From positions 614,611 to 678,610 of the forward strand of contig NW_003314310.1 in the NCBI RefSeq assembly GCF_000143415.4: a DNA stretch of 64,000 nucleotides, in the 5' to 3' direction. The notes under the pieces are model-generated. The model was not told where the DNA came from. It did not search any database and worked only from the letters and a program-made list of their open reading frames with translations. The first letter of the stretch is position 1. Each line of letters starts with the position of its first letter. Both the position numbers and the translations under genes were made by a program. Source of the DNA: Selaginella moellendorffii. Its lineage: Eukaryota; Plantae; Lycopodiophyta. Shown here piece after piece: positions 23,518 through 33,689 of this stretch.

Positions 23518-26251
23518 AGCAATTCAAGCTGAATTGCAAGCACAAGATCCAGAAACAATCAAAGAACACGATAAACAATCAAACAATCAAGAAACAAGAA
23601 GTTTTACCCAAGAGGAGCTGGCACCTGTTCAGCAGAAAGAAAAGTTTCATGTGGAAGAGCAAGCTAAAGCAAGGTTGAAGCAAAACCTGGTGGAAGATGA
23701 ACAGCCTGATCAGATTGAGCAACCAGCAGAAGAAGACGAAGACCTACAGTGGATAAAGGGGTTTCAGACGCAGGAACTTGAGGTGGTGCTTCCGAAGTTT
23801 TGTGAGCAGACGGAGCAGAAGAAAAATTCAGTGCCAGAGTTTGGCGTGGAACAGGCAGCAGTTGGACAAGCTGGCTTGGAGCAGAAAGCTGTTGTGAAGA
23901 AGAAAGAAGAAGATGTTAGACAACAAAGAGGTGTAGAAGTTCAGAACCTTGTGGAGCAGCCATCAAGAGGAGCCGTATACCCAGGCCAAAGTTTGAACTT
24001 GAAGGTGGCTGGTGTGAAGTTGGTGAAGAGACGAGGAAGTGTGTTTCTCAGGTTCTGGTGGGACAGAGGCAAGCTGGTTTCATCCTTTGTAGCTTTGTAG
24101 GAGTAGAGTAAGTAAGTAGTAAAGCAGCAAAACTGAAAGCCGTCCAGGAGAAGTCGTGGCTGTTTCAAGTCGGATGTTTAAAGTTTCGAGAAGAGGCGTT
24201 TGTGCAACCGATCTCGGGAAGAAGCTGGTCAAATTCAGATCACAAGACTTTGAGGAAGCAGCTTAGACTTATGAAGAGGAGGAAGAGGAGGAGGAACCGC
24301 ATGAGGGAACGGCTACCCATGATGCAGCGATGGAGCAGTGACTGCGGGACGCAGCACAAGGCAGTCATGGGAGAGTGGAGAAGGGAGAAAAAGACAAGCT
24401 CGAGGATTCAAGCTTAGGAAAGTAAGCTTGAGAGGTTCAAGGTTAGGACTGTATTCCTAACCTTGACATGAGCAGTAGCGACTATAAAAGTAGGACTTAG
24501 AATGTTTTTAGACTTATCCCTAATACAAAATACATTGCAATACATCGTCATTCTGCCTATCTCTTCGGCTCTTCACAGCAATGTCTTACTTACCCACTGC
24601 CTTCAAGGGATCAAAGGCGTGGGACTAGCACCTTCAAGCACATGTTCACAGTCTCTACTTGGTTTGGCACAAGCAGGTAAGTGCACTCATCTCGTAGTGT
24701 AGTTTTAGTTTTAGGGACTAGATTAGATTTGAAACTCCTAGGAAAATCTCGTGTGGACGTTTCCTCCCAGTCCAGAGATTCCAAAGGTTTTCAATTTCCC
24801 AATGTTGCATGTCGGTAAGATGCTTCCAGTGTCTGTTTTGACCACTGTACTGCATCCGGTCGTAACCAAGCCGCCATCTGGATCCAGTCGGATGCCTCCA
24901 AGGGGGATGTCCATCCTAAAGGATTCGTTAGCGTCCAGAACTTATGCGGTTCTGGAAGGCGGTGGGAGGCTGCATCGAGAACTCTTGTGGTGGCGAAGGG
25001 AAATTTCCATCCACTCAAATTCTCCAACGGGTCAAACATGATACGACCATTATCAATGCGGTCCACGTTTGCTCCTTCCAGAGTATCTGGCTGTGACGGG
25101 ATGAGTCCAGTCATGAGCGTCCGTGCACTCTGGCTCAAGAACTCGAAGCCATTGCTGAGGTCGATCTGTGGTTTTCCCAGATCAATACCTTTCCCGTACG
25201 AGCCTTTATACCCTGTAACCCGGTTGTATTCTTGGGACCATTGGAGCATTTTCCAAGTGATCCTTGGTTCGGCGGAGGAGAAATTAACGAGTTCTTTTTC
25301 CATGTCCGCCATCCACCGTCGTAGTAGAGCCTGGTTATCATTGACTCGATCGGTAAGGAGTGTCCAGACTAGGCGCCACCATTCTTTGGTTTCAACCTGC
25401 TGGAAGAGGCAGAGGTATCACTTGTTCTCGCCAACTGCCTCGGATTCCGGCACTGTGAGCAGCTTGTCCGCAATGTTTTTCTCATATGCAAAAATCTCAT
25501 GTAAGCGCTCAGGTTTCTTTGCGGCTAACAGCAGTAAGAAGTACTGCACTGCCGGGACGGGAGCCACAAAATCATCAGTGTTCGCGTACTCCGTCATCTC
25601 GGGTAGCCAGAAATCCTGGAAAGCCACGCATCAGTCCATATCCGGTATGGCGGGAAAGTAGGGATGGATCGCATGGCGTTTTGTATCGGCAGCCAGGTAT
25701 CACACCCTGGCACGGCTGTCCCTCGCGGGTATTTTTGGTTAAGCAGATCGACTAGGCCGTTTTCGGTACATTCGTCCGAGGCATAGGATCATCCGCCCGG
25801 TAACCCGGTACTGACCACGACCAAAACGATTTCCCTAAACAATTCCTATGTCACCTCCTACTGTTTGGGTGTCCGGGGGGTACCTGTATCATGGAAGACG
25901 AGGATTAGTAATGCAATCTCCGCTAGCTCTATCTCTCATTTTGTGAAAGTATGAAGCTAGGTCTCAAAACTGAACTGAGATTTGCACGACTGATGCTCGC
26001 GAGCCAATGTACTCAGGTACATGCCCGGGCCACACATCAGAAGTGACTTCCAAAGATTAGAGCTAAGGAACATGCTCAACCTGATCGCTATCTGTTGACT
26101 CATGGATCTCGCCGTCTGGACCAGTCGCTGTCATCCCGTCTTTTTTCTAAGCGGATGATTAGAAGCTGGAACAGTCGAGAGTACAAGCACTACCTGGGCA
26201 GAGTCAGTAAGAACCCCTTGTGTCGCTGTGGTGTTTAGTTCCAGCGCTCTG

Positions 26252-26810
26252 TACTGTAAATAGTACTGTAAACAGTACTGTAAATAAGATGACGATCCCT
26301 GTAAACAGTACTGTAAATAAGATGACGATCCTGCAAAATTTAGGTATCAAGGAAGTATAGAATTTTAGCACAAGAGTGTCTAAATGCCATACATGGATGA
26401 TGCCATTGTCACCACCAGTGGCAAGCTGCCATTTGAAACTGGGAATTTGGGGAATTTGACAGTGAAGTGTTTGTTCTTGAGAACCACATGCCTGTTCCAA
26501 GAGATCACGTTAGCATCCATGTCGTGGACTTTCACCACCGTTTTGAAAGTACTAGTGGAAACTCCCACTGTTCCATCAGAGGAGCAAGCTACAAGCTCAA
26601 AAGTAAACTTAATATAAAAGCAACAAAGAAAGATGATTCAGTTGCCTGGATGAAAGAAAAGCAAGGCTTAGCTAAAGGAAAAGTTTGATCAATCAGTTCA
26701 AAGCATGACGTGAGATTTCTGTGGTGTGCTGAACTCCAATCCAAAGCAAATCCTTCCACCCCATGAGAAACAAGTTGGAGGGGTGCCTGGTTTGTAAGCA
26801 TGGTGGTGGA
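26252..26810 (-). pseudogene. GRWD1/RRB1-like WD40 gene fragment, upstream exons
   Basis: SHGVEGFALDWS, KVHDMDANVISWNR and LATGGDNGIIHVWHL, separated by short introns. Confidence 0.75.
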
Positions 26811-29780
26811 CCTTCAACTTTTGGTGGTGGACCTAGAGCAATGCAACAAAATTATTAAGATGTAATAGCAATTTTTGCTCATTACTCAAAACTAGATATT
26901 TTCATTACTTTCACTTGCAACCCTAAATAGCCAAAAATTATAGAAAAATTACATCCAAATGAAGGTCTTGAAAACCATCTTGATTTGGTTTCTAGAGTTT
27001 TCCATATTAAACTTAAAGAATTTTTGAAAGTCATAACAGAAAAACATGTATTTGGAAAATATATAGCATATATATATGTAATTGAGTTCCAAGAAAGATG
27101 TCTCCCACATTGTCATTTTCTAAGAATTCTAGCCCATGAAAATAAAATTAGAGACCATGATGCAATTAATCAATATATCATGGCTGAATTACTAAATCCT
27201 CATGACAAGCCTGAACGTTTTGAAAAAATTACATTGCAAATGATGTATAGACCATGTGGACTTTTTTATTCTAATAGTCCTTGCATGGAAAATGGTTCTT
27301 GCTTGAAAGGTTTTCCAAAAAAATTTAATTATGAAACAATATTTTCAATTAATGGATATCTAGATTATTATAGACCAGACAACAGACATATAATTTTTAA
27401 AAATGGTTGTCATATGGATAACCATTGGGTTGTACCTTATAACAAGTACCTCTATAAAAAATATAAAGCTCATATAAATATTGAAATATGTGCAACTATA
27501 AAAAGTATTAAATATTTATTTCAACATGTTTACAAAGGTTATGACGGTATCACTATTAAAATCCATTCAGCAATTCAACAACATGATAATAGTTTAAATT
27601 GAGCTTGTTATGTTTATGCTCTAGAAGCTATATAGAAACTTTTTTAATTTAAAATGCATGGCTATCCAACACCTATAATCCGTCTTCTTGTTCATCAAGA
27701 AAAATTTTAAAATGTCTATTTCATTGAAGGTAATGAGAAAATTGAACTTCAAAGAGCTACTCAAAATAATACTATATTAACAAAATGGTTTAAATTAAAT
27801 AGACATAATCCAAATGCAAGGCAATATATGTATCCTGAAATTCCTCTACATTATACATATAATAAACACACTCATTAGTGGCAGATTAAACATTAACAAA
27901 ATATTATTTCACAAATATATTCTATTTCCCCATCTAATACTGAACTTTATCATTTATATTTTATATTGCTTTACAAAAGAGGGGCTACTTCTTTTAACGA
28001 TCTAAAAATAGTTCATAATACTTATTTAAAAATATTTCAACTTATTGCATTTGCTATAGGACTTTTAGCAAATAATACAAAATGGGAAAAATGTTTACAA
28101 GATGCTTGCTTTTTCAAAATGCCACCACAATTAAGACAACTATTTGTTTTTTATGTATCTTTTGTAGTCCAAAAACTCTGTATTCCTTATGGAAAAAATT
28201 AAAAAACTCTTTTTTTGAAGATTTTATGCTAACAGATCCATTACTTTGTCATAAGTTTGTTTTACATGATATAAATAAAAAATTCAATTTATATAGAAAA
28301 TCCAATTAAGACTATAAATTGCCTTTATCTTATACAAACTTTGATACAAATAATCATATTAATTTGACATAGTTCATTCATTCTGTAGAACAAAATTTAC
28401 TTCAGTTTAATGATAAACAACAGATTATATATAATGATATCCTTAGCATGATCAACAACCCAACTGAGTAAAAATTGATATATTTTCATCAATGGTCTTG
28501 ATGGTACTAGTAAAAATTTTCACCTTAACACTCTTATACATATATTTCAACTTCTAAACAAAAATGTAATTAGTGTTGCCTGGACAAATATTGCAAACAC
28601 TTTACTGCATAATGATCAAGCATTATATATGACTTTTAAATTTCATGTTCCAATAAATGAAACTTCTATTTTTGATATTACAGCTAATAGTGAAGTAGGC
28701 CAAAAAAATAAAAATGCACATGTGTTAATATAGGATGAAATTAATATGGTTCACGCACATGCATTTTCTACCATTAATTTAGCATTACAAGATATAAAAA
28801 AATGAATTACCTTTTGGAGGAATTATTATTATTACAAGTGGTGACTTTAGATAAACACTACTAGTTATTCCACATGGTCATCAAGCACAAATTGTTTCAA
28901 ATTTAGTAAAAATGAATAGGTTATAGAAATTTTTTAGAACACTTACACTAAAAAGGAATATGAGACTAATTGAAAATAACTCTTTATGGGCTGATTGGCT
29001 TCTTCAAATTGGAAATGGTAATAATTACGTGAAATTACCTAATTTGCCTTCAGAATCTATTGTATTACCTTACACACAAGTAATAATGTCCTTTGTTGTT
29101 GGTTTTGTTTTCCCATCTCTACAGGATATTTTAGACCCCTACATTGCATCTAATAAAGTCATACTTACCCCACTTAATGATGATACTTTCTCATTAATAA
29201 TGCTATAGTCTCTTCCTTACCTGGTGATATACATATTTATAAAAGTGTTGACTTAGTTGATACTAAACACCTAGAAGATTTTCCAATTGAATTTCTAAAT
29301 TTAATTACTCCTTTTAGTCTTCCACCACATAAACTCTTGCTTAAAGAATGTATTATCCTTATTCTATTAAGGAATATATGTCTATTGACTGGACTATGTA
29401 ATGGTACACACCTCATACTTAAACATGCCTTGTCAACAATTTTAGACTGTGAAATTATATTAGGCCAATTCAAAGGTACACAAGCTTTCATCCCTCAATC
29501 ACACTCACACCTTCAAACACAGAAATTCCATTTAAAATGTTTAGAAGACAATTTCTAGTGCATTTAGGGTATTGTCTTACAATCTCTAAATGTCAAAAAC
29601 AAACATTTGACCAAGTTGGAATACATTTGCCACATCCACCCATGGCCAACTTTATGTGGCTTTATCAAGACGCACATCACTAAGTATTAAAGTATAAAAC
29701 ACATCACTCCAAGGATAGTTATTCCTTTTGAGTCCTTCTACTTTCAGTATCAACATAGTATATAAAGAGGTTTTATATTA
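26811..29780 (+). pseudogene. Helitron RepHel (HUH Rep + PIF1 helicase), 5'-truncated and heavily degenerate
   Basis: PSTFGGGPRAMQQ...IFITFTCNPK; IEFQERCLPHCH (HUH motif); KYLFQHVYKG; NHWVVPYN; degenerate Walker A at ~28490; GDFR; GLCNGT; HGQLYVALSR at 29641. Confidence 0.93.
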
Positions 29781-29886
29781 AATCCTCCATGCATTGTTTG
29801 TAGCACTAAAACAAATTCTTGATATAAGTCTAATGAACAAATAAAATAGCCTACTAATAGGACAGCATATGCTAGGCAAGTGTTAG

Positions 29887-31728
29887 TCTATCATAAGGAG
29901 TTGCCAAACTTTCTGGGCCGCTAGATCTAGCCAATCACAGCCGTCTGATTGGGGGTAACTGTAAAGGGGTTATTTCTTTAACCATGATATTTGCTCCTAG
30001 CCAATGGGAAACCGTATAGTGTGCAGTGACACATGGCATATATAAAGTGTTGACTATGACTTGCACTCATGGTCTGTCAAGCGAATTGGTTTTGTTTTGT
30101 AATGTTTTTCTAGGGTTTATGAAATGGCCCTGCCACTGCTGCTGATTTGCAACCCAAATCAAAGGCACTGTGTCAACACCACTGGAACAAGCCATGCCAT
30201 AGTACTATTTGTGTTAAGATTTAATTGATTTGTCCATGCTTTCTTTTACTGTCTTCCATTTTACTTTCTTTTCTTTTTCTTGAATGCTTCAACTCTTGGT
30301 GTCTTTTTTTGCTGTTGTCATTTTTTTCCTGATTTTGTTTTTGTGATACTTTGTCGTGTCTTTGCTCCTAAAGAACCTTGGTTTTTCTTTCTGCAGGAGA
30401 AATATTGGCAAGGAGACCATGATGCTCAAATCTCAAAGCATGGTCTCTTTTGTCACAGCTAAAATGGTCGAATATCAGTAATTTTATTCTTCTCTTTTAT
30501 CCTTTGAGAAAGACTGAGTGTTTTTTTTTTGTCCTCTAGATTGGAGCTTGCTCGATGCATTGCAGATCCTTCGTGTGCCACCAACGTTGCATGCTTACAA
30601 ACTTGTAACAATTGGCCTGACGAGACTGAGTGCCAGGTAAGTCTCGCAGTTATTTGGAATCTAGAGGGGATTTTAGGGCTTCTTTGTGTATGGGCAGAGA
30701 ATGGAAGTGGGAGGAGGCCACTGTGGGAGCTGTTGCCGGGGTTGCCACCGTCGTGTTGATACCAGTTTCTTCAACGCTCGAGTCACCCAAGGATACTGTG
30801 GAAGCTGAAGACGCAGGAGCGCCGAAGTCTGTTCTCTTTGCTCAAAGAAGTCTGAGACACTTCAAGGTACCCAGGAGAGAGAGGAACCGGATCCGAGAGG
30901 AGGTGGAGAAAGAGGCCGTGGAGAGAGCCCGGAGGAGTGTACAATCAGTCCCTGCATGATCGACATGGAAAAACAAGACCAGGCTGTGGTTTCTTTTCTC
31001 TCCTTTGCAAGTAGCATTTCTTCGCATTGAACTCCAGCCGACGATGGTCGAAATCGTTTTGTTCATCAGTACAAGAGCACTGCCAATGCTTTGCTCACCA
31101 TTGCGCGAACAGAGGTCTAGAAATCGAAAGCTTTTTATGCAAGGTGACATTTTTGCCTTCCTTTTGGCAGGGTGTATTTCCCAGTCCCGCCACCCTCGGG
31201 CTCACAGCGCAAGCGGGCGAGCTGGATCGCGCGTCCAAGCAGAGAATGTGGGAGGACGTGGATTCCTCCTATAATAAGGAGGAGGGAGTGTTGATGTGAA
31301 TGCAAATGCTGGGTGTTGTTTCTTCTCTGAAGTCTTAGACTCGGCATCTGATTTATAACATACAATCAATTGTAAGAGTCTGTTAGGTGTGAAGCATTCA
31401 TTGTGGAAGAAAATATGCAACACAGCTAGAGCAATTGTTTATAATCATCTTACAGCTTTGATCTAGAAAGATATTGGGCAAGCTGCTTGGTATGGGCAAT
31501 GGTGAATGGCAAGGTGTTGGGAATGGTGAGGATTTGGGCTATGAGGATATTGTGAATTGTTTTGGATCAGGCTTAATATTTGCTATGCACAAATAGTGAA
31601 CATCACAAATGGTGCTAGAACAGTTGCATGGATTTCAATGTTGCCCTGGAAGCATCAATCTTTTATTGATAATTTGTGGATCAGAAAAAACTTTGTTAAC
31701 CAGGCAGTTTATGCTGGGCAAGTGCTAG
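29887..31728 (+). mobile_element. Helitron B, non-autonomous (1.84 kb), directly tandem to Helitron A
   Basis: Starts TCTATCATAAGGAGTTGCC (same 5' end as A). Ends with the hairpin CCAGGCA...TGCTGG followed by GCAAGTGCTAG|T. Confidence 0.8.
30540..30636 (+). pseudogene. VDE: Single captured exon of violaxanthin de-epoxidase
   Basis: [32 protein letters not shown] between AG and GTAAG matches the Cys-rich N-terminal domain of VDE/NPQ1; the rest of the gene is absent. Confidence 0.85.
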
Positions 31729-31849
31729 TTATAAAATAAGAGTTGCGGCGGCGAGCGTGCCGCTGTCATGGATTGCCCCTTTAATAATATTTTCTTTTAA
31801 AATTAAATTATCATTTCTATATCATTGTTTGGATTCTTCTAGGGAAAGA

Positions 31850-33680
31850 ATGCGGCAAGCGAGTGCTCCCAGCTGCTATCGCCATCGGCGGCCCTCTATA
31901 CATCCCTCCTCCGCCGCTGTGGCATCTCACGCTCGCTCGCCGACGGCTGCCGCGTCCACGATCACATCCTCACCACAGGCCACTTCGTCCACCTCGGTAA
32001 TCTCCTCATTTAGATGTACAAGAAATGTGGTGGCACCAGCAGCCTCGCGGCCGCGCGCGCAGTCTTTGATCAGATGCCCAAGAAAGATGTGGTGCCTTGG
32101 AGCTGCATCATCGCGGCCTACGTGCAGTCGGGGCATTGCCGCGAGGCGATCAATCTCTTCCAGCGCATGGATGTGGAACCCAACGAAATGGTGATCGTGA
32201 GCACACTGGCTGCGTGCTCCGGTAATCTCGCGCTGGGCATGGCCATCCACGCGAGAATTTTCTTCCCGGATCTCCGCAAGAGCGTGTTCGTCGGCACAGC
32301 ACTCCTCAACATGTATGCCAAGTGTGGAGCGATCGAGCAGGCCAGGGCAGTATTTGATCAGTTAACGCACAAGGATGTAGTGTCGTGGACTGCGATGATC
32401 ACCGCATTTGCCCAGATGGGGGATTGCCGCTAGGCGCTCAAGACGCTCGAGGGGATGATCCAAGCTCGCGTCCAGCCAATCCGGTAACCTTCGTCGCGGT
32501 GATCACTGCGTGCTCCAGCATCTCGATCAGGGCAGGAAGATCCACGACGCCGTGATCGACCTGGGCCTCCACAGCGACATCACGATCCAGAATGCGCTGG
32601 TTTCGATGTACGCGAAGGGTGGCAGCGCGGAGGAAGCACTTTTGGTGTTCCAGAGGATGGAAGATCGCAACAGGGTCTCGTGGAACAGCATGATCGCAGC
32701 CTTTGCCACGAGCGCAAAGTCTTGCACGGCGATGTGCCTCTTCCACGGCATGAACTTGGAAGGGATCAAGCCCGACGACGTGAGCTTTCTGGGAGTTCTA
32801 AGTGCCTGCTCGAGCACTGGGTGCTTGCGATCGTGCAAGCGGATCCACTCGCAGCTGGAGCTCGCCGCGGTGCACTCTCCTCCGGATTTGAGCGTGGAGA
32901 ACTCGCTTGTCACTGCCTACGCCAGATCTAGAGGCCGCTGAGAGGATTTTTCAGAGAATCCCAGGCAAGAACGTCGTGTCCTGGACGGCCATGCTCACTG
33001 CTTACACCTTTCATGGCAATGGATCCAAAGCTCTCGAGCTCTACGACAAGTTGGTCGGGCAGTCGATCCAGCCGGACAGCGTGGTGCTGCTCAACGTAAT
33101 CCACGCCAGATCACTGGTCGGGGACATTGGCCTCACGAGAAAGCTCCACGCTCACCTTGCTTCCTCCAGCTTCATGCTCAAGATCCAGATCCAGAATGTG
33201 CTCATCAACATGTACGCACGGTGCGGCAGCCTGGAGGAGGCAAGGTGGGTGTTTGATAGGTTCGAGAGGAAGAACTTGGTGTCATGGAACGTGATGATGG
33301 GATCTTATGTGCAGCACAGATACAACGAGGAAGCGATTGCATTGTTCTCAGAGATGAAGGCTGAGAACTCGAGGACCATGGAGTCGGGCTCGAGTAGCTC
33401 GGTCTCTGTGAGCTCGGACTCTAGTTTGTACACAAAGAGTGTGAAGAGCTCGGACTCCAGTAACACCTTGGCCTCCACCATCTCGGACTCGATTCTAAAG
33501 CCTGATTGCATCATGGCCGTCGCCAGCCTGGGCAAGCTCGCCGAGGGGCAGCGCATCCACACCGAGCTATGCATTGCGAATTGGGAGATTCTCGCGGGAT
33601 CCACAACCAACATCACCCTGGGCAATGCACTGGTTTAGCATGTACGCGTGCTGCGGCAACATGGGAGATGCTGCCGCTGC
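31850..33680 (+). pseudogene. PLS-class PPR gene, copy B (stop, frameshifts, 3'-truncated)
   Basis: Repeated ALLNMYAKCG...ARAVFD...KDVVSWTAMI motifs over ORFs 32014-32433, 32510-32941 and 32907-33638. Confidence 0.9.
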
Positions 33681-33689
33681 GAAAGCTTG

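Larger units (their letters stand above)
19500..24793 (+). mobile_element. Non-autonomous (gag-only) Gypsy-type LTR retrotransposon with a truncated 5' LTR
   Basis: An identical ~110-bp LTR 3' end (TAGTGTAGTTTTAG...CCAAAGGTTTTCA) occurs at ~19507-19605 and ~24695-24793. PBS TGGCGACAACGGTGGGA at 19607. gag is present; no PR, RT, RH or INT motifs are seen. Confidence 0.8.
18437..25770 (-). pseudogene. PLE ORF1, unknown function (~570 aa reconstructed), split by the LTR insertion
   Basis: The pieces 25418-25627, 24791-25312 and 18437-19180 join across TGA stops and the insertion (...HATLGN|YSYKPAIP...). Contains CRCDCQGC and a basic, disordered C-terminus. Confidence 0.6.
14884..26251 (-). mobile_element. 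Penelope-like retroelement (Naiad/Chlamys-type RT) with 517-bp terminal direct repeats (pseudo-LTRs), two ORFs and no visible GIY-YIG domain; interrupted by an LTR element
   Basis: Direct repeats 14884-15400 and 25735-26251 differ by about five substitutions and lack TG..CA ends and a TSD. The RT motifs are listed in the next feature. The element splits the GRWD1 fragment. Confidence 0.85.
11853..29886 (+). mobile_element. Helitron A: 5' TC end, captured gene fragments, nested retroelements, RepHel remnant and a degenerate 3' end
   Basis: Starts A|TCTATCATAATAAGGAG... and ends ...GCTAGGCAAGTGTTAG (CTAG-like) just after the RepHel remnant. Its first ~200 bp are shared with Helitron B. Confidence 0.75.
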
